Source: Rhodospirillaceae bacterium
GTDB taxonomy: Bacteria > Pseudomonadota > Alphaproteobacteria > Reyranellales > JAQSWP01
Direction of reading: 5' to 3'
Length of the DNA stretch: 64,000 bases
Assembly: GCA_040255215.1 (NCBI GenBank)
Contig: JBDZUM010000001.1
Coordinates: 45,576 to 109,575, forward strand
In this document: in pieces, positions 19,539 to 28,425 of the stretch
How the letters are laid out: each line of letters starts with the position of its first letter
Position numbering within the stretch: the stretch's first letter is position 1
The notes under the pieces: generated by a model
Databases searched by the model: none
What the model was told of the DNA's origin: nothing
Seen by the model: the letters and a program-made list of their open reading frames with translations, nothing else
Translations under genes and position numbers: made by a program

Positions 19539-20486
19539 TCAGGGCGCGGCGGCGACCAGTTCGGCCGCGGCCAGATCCTCGAGTGCGGTGCCGACCGACT
19601 TGAACAGGGTGATTTCGCCGGCGCTTTCCCGGCCGCGCTTTTCCTGACGGCACAGTTCGAACAGATCGGCGACGATGCCGTCTTCGGCCAGCGCGCCGCT
19701 GGCCAGCGGCTGCACGATGTCGCCCGCTTCCTTGCCGGCGCCTTGGCGGGTGTCGACGAAGACGCGCGAGCGGCGCACGGCCTCGTCGTCGGCTTCGCGC
19801 ATGGTGGGCGTGAAGCCGCCGACAAGATCGAGATGCTGGCCGCGCCGCAGCCACTCGCCATGCACCAGCGGGTCCTGCGCCAGGGTGGCGCAGGAGACGA
19901 TGTCGGCGGCGGCGATGGTGTGTTCGATGTCCTCGGCGACATGGGCAGCGATCTTCAGATGCTTCATGTCGCCGCTATCGAGGCGCTCGACCAGCGCCTG
20001 CGCCCTGGCGGGCGTGCGCCCCCAGACGGCGACTTCGCGGATCGGGCGCACCGCGGCATGGGCGCGAATCAGGTGCGGCGCCAGCGCGCCGGTGCCGACC
20101 ATCAGCAGGCGGAAACTGTCGGGACGCGAGAGCAGGCGCGAAGCGAGCGCCGAAGCGGCCGCCGTGCGGCGTCTCGTCAAGGCCGTGCCATCCATCAGCG
20201 CGACGGGCTGGCCGGTCTCCGCCGACAGCAGCAGATACTGGCCGATGACGGCAGGCAGACCCTGCGTCCCATTGTCTGGAAAAACGGTGACGATCTTGAT
20301 GCCGAGATGGCGTTTGCCGCGCCACGCCGGCATCAGCAGCAAGGTGCCGGCAGCGCCACCTGTCTCGATCGTATGGTGATGCCGCAGCGGAACGTCGCAG
20401 CCGTCGCGGAACAACGCGGCAATGGCGTCGATCAGCGGCAGGTCGTCCAGCCGCGCTTCGACGGCCGCCGCATCGAACTGGCGCAT
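19539..20486 (-). CDS. Ornithine cyclodeaminase / mu-crystallin family protein
   Basis: 315 aa with an OCD-family pattern (LGIKIVTVFPDN, MVGTGALAPHLIRAH Rossmann segment). Confidence 0.8.
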   Translation of the reverse strand: MRQFDAAAVEARLDDLPLIDAIAALFRDGCDVPLRHHHTIETGGAAGTLLLMPAWRGKRHLGIKIVTVFPDNGTQGLPAVIGQYLLLSAETGQPVALMDGTALTRRRTAAASALASRLLSRPDSFRLLMVGTGALAPHLIRAHAAVRPIREVAVWGRTPARAQALVERLDSGDMKHLKIAAHVAEDIEHTIAAADIVSCATLAQDPLVHGEWLRRGQHLDLVGGFTPTMREADDEAVRRSRVFVDTRQGAGKEAGDIVQPLASGALAEDGIVADLFELCRQEKRGRESAGEITLFKSVGTALEDLAAAELVAAAP

Positions 20487-20493
20487 TGGCGGT

Positions 20494-20829
20494 TCAGCGC
20501 GGTGGCGCGGCGGCGTCCGGCGCCGGCAATGCCGGGGCGGGCGGAGCAGCTTTCAACTCAGCGACCTGGCGACGCAACTGGGCGCTGGTCCGCGTCTGAG
20601 TTCGCGCGGTGGCACGATACCGGTGGCCGCCCAGCCAGACGATCAGCCCGCCAACCAGGATGCCCAGCAGCAATACGGCCAGCAGCACCAGAAACAGCGG
20701 CAGCGATGCCTCCCAGGGCAGCGGCCACAGCGAAATCGTCACGGTTTCCCGGTTGGCGATGGCGAACACCGCGCCCAACAGGGCGAGCGGCATCCATATC
20801 AGTCTTGCCAGCCACTTGCGCACGGCCAC
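20494..20829 (-). CDS. LapA-domain (DUF1049) inner-membrane protein
   Basis: 111 aa with two predicted TM helices and a basic, coiled C-terminal tail. GTG start preceded by GGAGGT. Lies downstream of ihfB, as in many alphaproteobacteria. Confidence 0.7.
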   Translation of the reverse strand: MAVRKWLARLIWMPLALLGAVFAIANRETVTISLWPLPWEASLPLFLVLLAVLLLGILVGGLIVWLGGHRYRATARTQTRTSAQLRRQVAELKAAPPAPALPAPDAAAPPR

Positions 20830-20952
20830 TCGTTACCTCCGCTATCGCGATCAGGCTATGGGTTCTGCCGGCAAGATAGCGGCAAGCGGCAGCGGCGGAC
20901 AGTCTTGCGAGCGCGGCAAAAGCGGGCCGGCCGGGAGCCGGCCGGCGACGGA

Positions 20953-21291
20953 CTATTCTTCGTCCTCGCCGAGATATTCCGGACCGTCCGAGGCCTCGGG
21001 CTTGCCTTCGCCGCGATGGTTCAGGCGATCGCGCAGATCCTTGCCGGTCTTGAAATAGGGCACGTACTTGGCGGCGACCGAGACGGTCGTGCCCGTACGC
21101 GGATTGCGCCCGACGCGGGCGTCCCGCTTCTTGACCGAAAACGCTCCGAAACCACGCAGTTCAACCCGATCGCCCCGCGACAGGGCGGTGGCGATCTCGT
21201 CGAAGATCGTCTGCACGATGCGCTCGACGTCGCGCTGATAGAGATGAGGATTCATCTCCGCCAGCTTCAGAATGAGTTCGGACTTGGTCAT
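20953..21291 (-). CDS. ihfB: Integration host factor beta subunit
   Basis: ATG 21291 ([12 protein letters not shown]...). HU/IHF arm [21 protein letters not shown]. Acidic C-terminal tail. Confidence 0.9.
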   Translation of the reverse strand: MTKSELILKLAEMNPHLYQRDVERIVQTIFDEIATALSRGDRVELRGFGAFSVKKRDARVGRNPRTGTTVSVAAKYVPYFKTGKDLRDRLNHRGEGKPEASDGPEYLGEDEE

Positions 21292-21470
21292 GACGCCAGA
21301 CCCGCTGTTGATTTCCCCCGGCACGCGCGGCCGACGGCCCAATTGACAAAGCGTGCCAAAGGCTTAGCCGCTAGTCAAGGATAAGTGCCTTGAATCTTTG
21401 GGTTTTTCAGCGATCAGCCGGTTTCACACTATATATAGGGAAACTTTGCCGAGCCGGACTCAAGCTGGGG

Positions 21471-21506
21471 TAGGCAAAGAAAAACGGCCCCGGAAACCGG
21501 GGCCGT
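21471..21506 (-). terminator. Rho-independent terminator downstream of rpsA (hairpin is symmetric, so possibly bidirectional)
   Basis: ACGGCCCCGG-aaa-CCGGGGCCGT at 21484-21506. On the minus strand it is followed by TTTTCTTTG. Located about 30 nt after the rpsA stop. Confidence 0.75.
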
Positions 21507-21534
21507 TTGCCTTTTGTTGCGATTGGCCGGCGGA

Positions 21535-23250
21535 CTACTTCTTGTCCTGCTGCGCCCGGTTCATGGCCGCGCCGAGGATATCGCCCAGCGAGGCGCCCGA
21601 ATCGGACGAGCCGAACTCGGCCATCGCCTGCTTCTCCTCGTCGATCTCGCGCGCCTTGACCGACAGCACGACGCGGCGCGTGGCCTTGTCGATGTTGGTG
21701 ATCTTGGCGTCGAGCTTGTCGCCCACCGCATAGCGCTCGGGACGCTGCTCGGAACGGTCGCGCGAGAGCTCCGACTTGCGGATGAAGCCCGGCAGGCCGT
21801 CGGCCAGCGTGACGTCGATGCCGTTCTCGTGGCTTGCAGCGACCGTGCAGGTCACCACGTCGCCCTTCTTGATGGTGTCGTTGACGCGCTCGAAAGGATC
21901 GTTGCTGAGCTGCTTGATGCCCAGCGAGATGCGCTCCTTCTCGATGTCGACGTCGAGCACCTTGACCTTGACGTTGTCGCCCTTGCGGAACTTCTGGATC
22001 GCGGCCTCGCCCGGCTCGTCCCAGGACAGGTCGGACAGATGCACCATGCCGTCGATGTCGCCCGGCAGACCGACGAACAGACCGAACTCGGTGATGTTCT
22101 TGATCTCGCCTTCCATCTCCGAGCCGGGGCCGAACTTGGCGGCGAAGCCGTCCCACGGATTCTCCAGGCACTGCTTGAGGCCCAGCGAAATGCGGCGCTT
22201 GGTCATGTCGACGTCCAGCACCATCACTTCGACTTCCTGCGAGGTCGAGACGATCTTGCCCGGATGGACGTTCTTCTTGGTCCAGCTCATTTCGGAGACG
22301 TGGACCAGGCCCTCGACACCAGGCTCCAGCTCCACGAAGGCGCCGTAGTCGGTGATGTTGGTGACGCGGCCCTTGAGCTTCATGCCGACCGGGTACTTGG
22401 CTTCCGCCCCCTCCCACGGATCCGACAGCAGCTGCTTGATGCCGAGCGAGATGCGCTGCGTCTCCGGATTGAAGCGGATGACCTGCACCTTGACGTGCTG
22501 GCCGATGCTGAGCGCCTCGGAAGGATGGTTGATGCGCTTCCAGGCGATGTCGGTGACGTGCAGCAGACCGTCGACGCCGCCGAGATCGACGAAGGCGCCG
22601 TAGTCGGTGATGTTCTTGACCACGCCTTCCAGCACCTGGCCTTCCTGCAGGTTGGCCACCAGCTCGGAACGGGCCTCGGCGCGGCTCTCCTCGAGCACGG
22701 CGCGACGCGACACGACGATGTTGCCGCGGCGGCGGTCCATCTTGAGGATCTGGAACGGCTGCGGGCTGCCCATCAGCGGGCCGACGTCCCGCACCGGGCG
22801 GACGTCGACCTGGCTGCCCGGCAGGAACGCCACGGCGCCGGACAGGTCGACCGTGAAGCCGCCCTTGACGCGACCGAAGATAACGCCGGTGACGCGCTCG
22901 TTGTTGTTGAACGCCTTCTCGAGCTGCGTCCAGGCCTCCTCGCGGCGGGCCTTCTCGCGCGACAGCATGGCTTCGCCGTTGCGGTCTTCCATGCGCTCGA
23001 CGAAGACCTCGACGGTGTCGCCGATATTGATGTTGGCGGCCTGGCCGCCATTCGAGAACTCGCGCAGCGGGATGCGTCCTTCGGACTTCAACCCGACATC
23101 GACGATCGCGAAATCGTTGGCCAGGCCGACCACCCGGCCCTGGACCACCGCGCCTTCGAAGCCCTGGGACTGGCCCAGGCTCTCATCGAGCATCGCGGCA
23201 AAATCTTCACGAGGCGGAGCGGACTCCACCCGTACAGCAGAACGAGCCAT
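21535..23250 (-). CDS. rpsA: 30S ribosomal protein S1
   Basis: Start at ATG 23250 (MARSAVRVESAPPREDFAAMLDES...), preceded by AGGAGAAAAA. Repeated S1 domains. 571 aa. The track ORF to 23691 is a 5' extension. Confidence 0.95.
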   Translation of the reverse strand: MARSAVRVESAPPREDFAAMLDESLGQSQGFEGAVVQGRVVGLANDFAIVDVGLKSEGRIPLREFSNGGQAANINIGDTVEVFVERMEDRNGEAMLSREKARREEAWTQLEKAFNNNERVTGVIFGRVKGGFTVDLSGAVAFLPGSQVDVRPVRDVGPLMGSPQPFQILKMDRRRGNIVVSRRAVLEESRAEARSELVANLQEGQVLEGVVKNITDYGAFVDLGGVDGLLHVTDIAWKRINHPSEALSIGQHVKVQVIRFNPETQRISLGIKQLLSDPWEGAEAKYPVGMKLKGRVTNITDYGAFVELEPGVEGLVHVSEMSWTKKNVHPGKIVSTSQEVEVMVLDVDMTKRRISLGLKQCLENPWDGFAAKFGPGSEMEGEIKNITEFGLFVGLPGDIDGMVHLSDLSWDEPGEAAIQKFRKGDNVKVKVLDVDIEKERISLGIKQLSNDPFERVNDTIKKGDVVTCTVAASHENGIDVTLADGLPGFIRKSELSRDRSEQRPERYAVGDKLDAKITNIDKATRRVVLSVKAREIDEEKQAMAEFGSSDSGASLGDILGAAMNRAQQDKK

Positions 23251-23411
23251 TTTTTCTCCTTTGCGTCGATCCAACGGGCACCACGCCCGTCCGGCCAACC
23301 GGTTGTTCCGGCGGATCCTGCGCCGTGTTCCCCGACAGCGAGCCGATGGGATTTGCCCGCTGCAGCCACCCCTTACGAAGGTAATCGACCTGCCGAACGG
23401 AACCGGTGGCT

Positions 23412-24059
23412 TCAGGAGTTCCGTGCGGCGCGCACCGCGTCGACATGCGCAACGACGCGGTCGAACACCTGATCGGCGGCAAGCGCCGTGGTGTCGAGCA
23501 CGAAAGCGTCGGCGGCGGGCACCAGAGGCGCTGCTGACCGGGCGCTGTCGCGCGCGTCGCGTTCGCGCATGTCGGCGAGAACGCGCGCTTTTATAGTGTC
23601 GCTGCCGGCGGCGCGCAACTCCTGGAAACGCCGTTCCGCACGGGCCTCCTCGCTGGCCGTCAGGAAGATTTTCACATCCGCATCCGGGCAAATCACGGTG
23701 CCGATGTCCCGGCCATCGAGAATGGCGCCGGCCTTGCCATCGGGCGGCTGTTTGGCGAAATTCCTTTGAAAATCAACAAGATGAAGCCGGACTTCGGGAA
23801 TGGCCGCGACCTTCGAGGCCATCGCCCCCACCCCCTCGTCCCGCAGTCCCGGCCGCGCCAGATCGGCTGGCTGGAGGGATTCTGCCGCCGCAATGGCCCG
23901 GTCGCGCTCCGGCCGGCCGCTGCCATCGGCCAGGGTCCGGGCGGCCACGGCGCGGTAAATCAGCCCGGTATCGAGCAGCGCCAGCCCGAAATGAGCCGCC
24001 AGCCGGCGCGCCAAGGTGCCCTTGCCGGCGGCGGACGGGCCATCGAGCGCGATGATCAT
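23412..24059 (-). CDS. cmk: Cytidylate kinase
   Basis: P-loop MIIALDGPSAAGKGT. 215 aa. Conserved aroA-cmk-rpsA order. Confidence 0.9.
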   Translation of the reverse strand: MIIALDGPSAAGKGTLARRLAAHFGLALLDTGLIYRAVAARTLADGSGRPERDRAIAAAESLQPADLARPGLRDEGVGAMASKVAAIPEVRLHLVDFQRNFAKQPPDGKAGAILDGRDIGTVICPDADVKIFLTASEEARAERRFQELRAAGSDTIKARVLADMRERDARDSARSAAPLVPAADAFVLDTTALAADQVFDRVVAHVDAVRAARNS

Positions 24060-24064
24060 GCGGT

Positions 24065-25393
24065 TCAGGTGCTGGCCGGGGCGATGCTGGCGCCCAGCCC
24101 GTTCATCAGATCGACGAAGCCCGGAAAGCTGGTATCGACCATCTCGATGTCGTCGACGACGACTGGCTCGCGCGCCGCCATGCCCAGCACCAGGAAGGAC
24201 ATGGCGATGCGGTGATCGAGGTGGGTCGCGACTGTGCCGCCGCCGGGCACGAGCCCACCCTTGCCATGCACGGTCAGACTGTCGTCGCCGATCTCGACCT
24301 CAATGCCGTTGGCCGCCAGCCCGGCGGCGATGGCGGCCAGCCGGTCGCTCTCCTTGACCTTCAGTTCGGCGAGCCCGCGCATGATCGTGGTGCCGCGCGC
24401 GCAGGCGGCGGCGACGGCCAGCACCGGATATTCGTCGATCATGCTGGGCGCGCGCTCGGCCGGCACGTCGATGCCCGTGAGTCCACCGCCGCCGACATGC
24501 AGATCGGCGACCTTCTCGCCGCCGACCACGCGTTCGTTGCGCCACTCGATGCGCGCGCCCATTTCCGCGAGCGTCGTATAGAGCCCGGTGCGCAACGGAT
24601 TGACGCCGACGTTTTCGATCGTCAGACCGGATGCGCCGGCGATGCAGGCGGCGACCACCGGAAAAGCGGCCGAGGACGGATCGCCCGGCACTTCGATATC
24701 GCGGCCCACGAGATCGGGCTGGCCGACGATGGTGATCGCCGTGCCTTCCTCGGTCTCCTCGCGCCGCAGGCTGGCGCCGAAATGCGCCAGCATGATCTCG
24801 GAATGATCGCGCGTGGCCTCGCGCTCGATCACGGTGGTTTCGCCCATGGTGTTGAGCCCGGCCAGCAGCACGGCCGATTTCACCTGGGCCGACGGCACCG
24901 GCACGACGTAGCGCACCGGCATTGGCTGGCTGGTGCCGATCACCGCCATCGGCAGGCGCAGGCCGGACCGGGTCAGGAACTGCGCGCCGAACAGCGACAG
25001 CGGCTCGGTCACCCGCCGCATCGGCCGCCGCCGCAGCGAGGCGTCGCCGGTGACGAAGCTGACGAAGCCCGACGTCGCCAGCAGGCCCGACAGCAGCCGC
25101 GCCGAGGTGCCCGAATTGCCGAGATCGATGACGTCGGCCGGCTCGCCCAGGCCGCCGACGCCGACGCCGGAAATCTTCCAGACTCCGCCGGCATCGCGCG
25201 CGACCGTGGCGCCCAGCAGCCGCATGGCGGCGGCGGTGTGCAGCACGTCCTCGCCCTCGAGCAGGCCGCGCACCGTGGTCTCGCCGACCGCCAGCCCGCC
25301 CAGCATCAGCGCGCGATGCGAGATCGACTTGTCGCCCGGCGGGCGCAGGCGGCCTTCGAGCCCGGAAACTTTGCGCGACTGGAACGGTTTCAG
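24065..25393 (-). CDS. aroA: 3-phosphoshikimate 1-carboxyvinyltransferase (EPSP synthase); 5' end uncertain, no canonical start codon available
   Basis: EPSP synthase motifs: [35 protein letters not shown], with RPM near the middle. The first ATG (25306) lies downstream of the conserved PGDKSISHR motif. The frame is open up to the TAG at 25448-25450 with no ATG, GTG or TTG in between. The start is provisionally placed at CTG 25393. Confidence 0.85.
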   Translation of the reverse strand: MKPFQSRKVSGLEGRLRPPGDKSISHRALMLGGLAVGETTVRGLLEGEDVLHTAAAMRLLGATVARDAGGVWKISGVGVGGLGEPADVIDLGNSGTSARLLSGLLATSGFVSFVTGDASLRRRPMRRVTEPLSLFGAQFLTRSGLRLPMAVIGTSQPMPVRYVVPVPSAQVKSAVLLAGLNTMGETTVIEREATRDHSEIMLAHFGASLRREETEEGTAITIVGQPDLVGRDIEVPGDPSSAAFPVVAACIAGASGLTIENVGVNPLRTGLYTTLAEMGARIEWRNERVVGGEKVADLHVGGGGLTGIDVPAERAPSMIDEYPVLAVAAACARGTTIMRGLAELKVKESDRLAAIAAGLAANGIEVEIGDDSLTVHGKGGLVPGGGTVATHLDHRIAMSFLVLGMAAREPVVVDDIEMVDTSFPGFVDLMNGLGASIAPAST

Positions 25394-25588
25394 CGTCGGC
25401 CCCCGATCGATACGGCGCCGCTGGCGGCGGCGCGGCTGGGCGGTTGTCTAGCACGGCCGGCCGGGCGGCAGCCAGTCGCCCGCCATCGCCGCCGCGCGCC
25501 CGCGTTGGGCGGGAAATTTGCTTTTGACAGGCCAGCGCAAGCGTGGCAAAGGGGCCCGACTTCACGAGATTTTTTCAGGAGGCTCGAC

Positions 25589-25930
25589 GTGTCGAAGCCG
25601 GAATGGGGCGTCAAGCGCACCTGCCAGAGCTGTGCTGTTCGCTTCTACGATCTCAAGCGCACGCCCATCGTATGCCCGAAATGCGGCCACAAGCACGATG
25701 CGGAGGATTTCGTCAAAACCCGCCGCACCCGGGGCGGCGCCGCCAAGGCTCCGCCGCCGCCCAAGAAAGTGGTGGAGAAGGTGGCGCCCGAGCTCGACGC
25801 GATCGAGGATGTCGCGCCTGACGACGATTCGGACGACGATATCATCGAGGATACGTCGGACCTCGGCGAGGACGGGGACGACATTCCGGACGTGCTGGAA
25901 TCGGATTCCGACGAGGAACCCAGCACCTAG
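25589..25930 (+). CDS. TIGR02300-like zinc-ribbon protein with acidic tail (FYDLN_acid type)
   Basis: GTG 25589 preceded by CAGGAGG (5-nt spacing). VSKPEWGVKRTCQSCAVRFYDLKRTPIVCPKCGHKH followed by an Asp/Glu-rich tail. Only the last 113 aa of the 572-aa track ORF are credible. Confidence 0.75.
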   Translation: MSKPEWGVKRTCQSCAVRFYDLKRTPIVCPKCGHKHDAEDFVKTRRTRGGAAKAPPPPKKVVEKVAPELDAIEDVAPDDDSDDDIIEDTSDLGEDGDDIPDVLESDSDEEPST

Positions 25931-26035
25931 GCGGGGTACCGGGCGGCCCGACAAACCCCTTGCGTCGGGCTTGGGCTGCCCTTACTTTCCGCGCGTTCCG
26001 ACCGGCAGCGAGCCGGCGGGCGACCCAGAATTCTC

Positions 26036-26111
<76 letters not shown>

Positions 26112-26116
26112 GATCG

Positions 26117-26152
26117 GAAGCCCGGTGCGCCAGCGCCGGGCTTCTTTCGTTT
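26117..26152 (+). terminator. Rho-independent terminator after tRNA-Ala
   Basis: GAAGCCCGG-(10 nt)-CCGGGCTTC followed by TTTCGTTT. Confidence 0.75.
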
Positions 26153-26159
26153 CGTCCCC

Positions 26160-26173
26160 TTGATCGCCGTCAA
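26160..26173 (+). promoter_or_regulatory. FixK/FNR-type box (TTGA-N6-TCAA) upstream of hemN
   Basis: TTGATCGCCGTCAA at 26160-26173. A TATGGT -10-like hexamer sits at 26196-26201, where a class II CRP/FNR-type promoter would place it. The box centre is about 60 nt upstream of ATG 26227. Confidence 0.55.
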
Positions 26174-26226
26174 TTCCCGCCCCTGCCCCGGCCGCTATGG
26201 TCCGGCAGCGTGAAGGGAAACGGACC

Positions 26227-27600
26227 ATGAACCGGCGGAACATCGACGATCTGCAGACAGTGATCGCGCGCTATGCGGCGCGCGCGACGCCGCGCTACAC
26301 CTCCTACCCGACCGCGCCGCATTTCCTGCCCGGGTTCCCCGAAGCGCAGTATCGCCAGTGGCTGGGCGCGGCCGGTCCGGTCACGCCGATATCGCTCTAC
26401 CTGCACGTGCCGTTCTGCGACCGAATGTGCTGGTACTGTGGCTGCAACATGAAGCTGGCGGCGCGCTATGCGCCGATCGCGGACTACGTCGACGCCCTGC
26501 TGGCGGAAATCGATCTGGTCGCGGCCGCCCTGCCGGCGCGCATGGCGGTGGCGCATCTGCACTGGGGCGGCGGCACGCCGACCTCGCTGTCGCCCGACGA
26601 CTTCGCGCGCGTCATGGCGCATCTGCGGCGGCGCTTCGATCTTGCCGCGGACGCGGAGATCGCCATCGAAACCGATCCGCGCACGCTGTCGGACGAGATG
26701 ATCGACCGGCTGGGCCGCGAAGGCGTGACCAGGGCCAGCTTCGGCGTGCAGGAATTCGATCCGCGGGTGCAGCAGGCGATCAATCGCGTGCAGCCGCCGG
26801 AGATGGTGGCGCGTGCCGTCGACGGCCTGCGCACGGCCGGCATCGCCAACATCAATTTCGACCTGATCTATGGATTGCCGCATCAGAGCGTGGCGACCCT
26901 GACCCACACCATTGCGCTATGCGCCGCGATGCGGCCCGATCGCGTGGCGCTGTTCGGCTACGCCCATGTACCGTGGATGGCGAAGAACCAGCGCCTGATC
27001 GAGGAGGCCGCGTTGCCCGATGCCGCGGCGCGCGCGGCCCAGGCAATGGCGGCCGAGCAGGCGCTGCAGGCGGCCGGCTATCAGGCGATCGGCATCGATC
27101 ACTACGCCCTGCCCGGCGATACGCTGGCGGTGGCAGCGCAGCACGGCAGGCTGCGTCGCAATTTCCAGGGCTACACGACCGACACGGCCGAAACGCTGAT
27201 CGGGCTCGGCGCCACCGCCATCGGCCGCACACGGTCCGGCTACGTGCAGAACATCGCCGAGACCGGGGCCTGGGCCCGCGCCGTGCGGTCGGGCGTCCTG
27301 CCGGTCGCCAAGGGTTGCGCCATCAGCGACGACGACCGGCTGCGCGGCCATGTCATCGAACGCATCATGTGCGATGGCACGGTCGATTGCGCGGCGGCGG
27401 CGCAGCGCTTTGGCGCGCCTGCGGACTGGGGCCGCGACGCGCTGGCCGATCTCGCGCCGCTGGAACGGGACGGCGTGCTCAATCGCTCCGGCACGACGAT
27501 ATGGCTCGATCCACGCGCCAAGCCACTGGCGCGTGTGGTGGCCGCCGCCTTCGACGCGCATTTGCAGACCGGCAAGGGACGTCACGCGGCGACGGTGTGA
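26227..27600 (+). CDS. hemN: Oxygen-independent coproporphyrinogen III oxidase (radical SAM)
   Basis: YTSYPTAPHF and the radical-SAM cluster CDRMCWYCGC. ATG 26227 is preferred over ATG 26197, which would lie upstream of the predicted transcription start. Confidence 0.9.
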   Translation: MNRRNIDDLQTVIARYAARATPRYTSYPTAPHFLPGFPEAQYRQWLGAAGPVTPISLYLHVPFCDRMCWYCGCNMKLAARYAPIADYVDALLAEIDLVAAALPARMAVAHLHWGGGTPTSLSPDDFARVMAHLRRRFDLAADAEIAIETDPRTLSDEMIDRLGREGVTRASFGVQEFDPRVQQAINRVQPPEMVARAVDGLRTAGIANINFDLIYGLPHQSVATLTHTIALCAAMRPDRVALFGYAHVPWMAKNQRLIEEAALPDAAARAAQAMAAEQALQAAGYQAIGIDHYALPGDTLAVAAQHGRLRRNFQGYTTDTAETLIGLGATAIGRTRSGYVQNIAETGAWARAVRSGVLPVAKGCAISDDDRLRGHVIERIMCDGTVDCAAAAQRFGAPADWGRDALADLAPLERDGVLNRSGTTIWLDPRAKPLARVVAAAFDAHLQTGKGRHAATV

Positions 27601-27604
27601 GCCG

Positions 27605-28351
27605 TCAGCGGCGCCGGGCCGCGTCCTCGATTGCTCGCACCACCTGCGCCTGACCCTTGCTTCGAGCATGGTCCAGCGCCGTCGCGCCGCCGCGATCGGC
27701 GATATCGACGCGCGCGCCAGCCGCGAGCAACAGGCGCACGATCTCGACGTGGCGCGAACCGCCATCGCCCAGGATCACCGCCTCCAGCAACGCGGTCCAG
27801 CCGAGATTGTTGACATGATCGAGCGGGGCGCCAGCCTCGATCAGCGCCCGTACCGGTTCGACGTGACCCAGATGCGCGGCGGCGATCAGCGCCGTGCCGC
27901 GATAGGGGCTGGTGACGTTCTTAGCGCTGTTGCCGCCGGCAATCGCGATGCGCACCATACGGGCGTCGTCGCGCACCGCAGCGATGGTCACGAGATCGTA
28001 TTGCTGCGCATCGAGCGCATTGGCGTCGGCGCCCTTCTCCATCAGGAACCGCGCCATGTCGTACTGACCGGCATGGCCCGCGACATGCAGCGGCGTGCGG
28101 CGATGGTCGTCGCGCGCATCGATGTCGGCTCCGGCCGCCAACGCCTGACCAGCCGCCGCAACGTCGCCGCTGGCGGCCGCCGCATGCAGGCCGCGATAGG
28201 CGGCGATCTCCGTCGGGCTGGGCGGCACTTGCGCCGCGGCGGAGGCAGCGAATGCCAGCGCTGCCAGCAGCGGCACGAGCAAACGCGACGACGTAGCCCT
28301 GCATCGGTCCTGACTTGACACATGCGAAGAGCGCTTTCTTCCTGCATCCAT
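27605..28351 (-). CDS. Ankyrin-repeat protein with N-terminal signal peptide
   Basis: Hydrophobic leader LLVPLLAALAFAASAAA/QV, followed by several ankyrin repeats (RTPLHVAGHAGQYDMARFLMEKGADANA, GTALIAAAHLGHVEPVRALIEAGAPLD, GWTALLEAV..., GATALDHARSKG). Confidence 0.8.
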   Translation of the reverse strand: MDAGRKRSSHVSSQDRCRATSSRLLVPLLAALAFAASAAAQVPPSPTEIAAYRGLHAAAASGDVAAAGQALAAGADIDARDDHRRTPLHVAGHAGQYDMARFLMEKGADANALDAQQYDLVTIAAVRDDARMVRIAIAGGNSAKNVTSPYRGTALIAAAHLGHVEPVRALIEAGAPLDHVNNLGWTALLEAVILGDGGSRHVEIVRLLLAAGARVDIADRGGATALDHARSKGQAQVVRAIEDAARRR

Positions 28352-28425
28352 ATCGGTTCCCCCTCGATTCCGCGACCAGCCTATCCTAGCGTCGCGCTGG
28401 CATCACGCCGCCCCGGGAGGAGCAA

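Noticed and set aside
21380-21510. Possible plus-strand small RNA in the 243-bp ihfB-rpsA spacer, which ends at a terminator hairpin that also has a T-rich 3' flank on the plus strand and contains the palindrome CTATATATAG.
   Set aside because: I found no convincing -35/-10 pair with proper spacing on either strand. The hairpin is fully explained as the rpsA terminator. This would need transcript data to revive.
21514-23472. 652-aa plus-strand ORF antisense to rpsA. Similar long antisense ORFs: 33659-35272 (rpoN), 51559-53247 (thrS), 58896-60428 (lepA), 40888-42432 (gltD), 1480-3318 and 3332-4831 (addB/addA).
   Set aside because: Each is the mirror of a gene with clear family motifs on the other strand. 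Their translations are repetitive and rich in Arg, Ala, Gly, Asp and His, as expected when stop codons are rare in GC-rich DNA. None has its own SD or start context or any recognisable motif.
24212-25930. Chimeric long ORFs in the track whose 5' parts run antisense through a neighbouring gene: 24212-25930, 14541-16175, 47892-49595, 49658-51604, 55967-58645, 35257-36744, 21535-23691.
   Set aside because: Only the 3' portions match real protein families (TIGR02300 zinc ribbon, ASCH, SDR, glycosyltransferase, PheT, LptB, S1). Internal start codons with SD sequences, or start/stop overlaps with the upstream gene, give products of the expected size.
26197-26226. Upstream ATG 26197 as the hemN start, as used in the ORF track.
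   Set aside because: It overlaps the predicted -10 region and the transcription start implied by the FixK/FNR box at 26160-26173. ATG 26227 gives the expected N-terminus and has a purine-rich stretch upstream.
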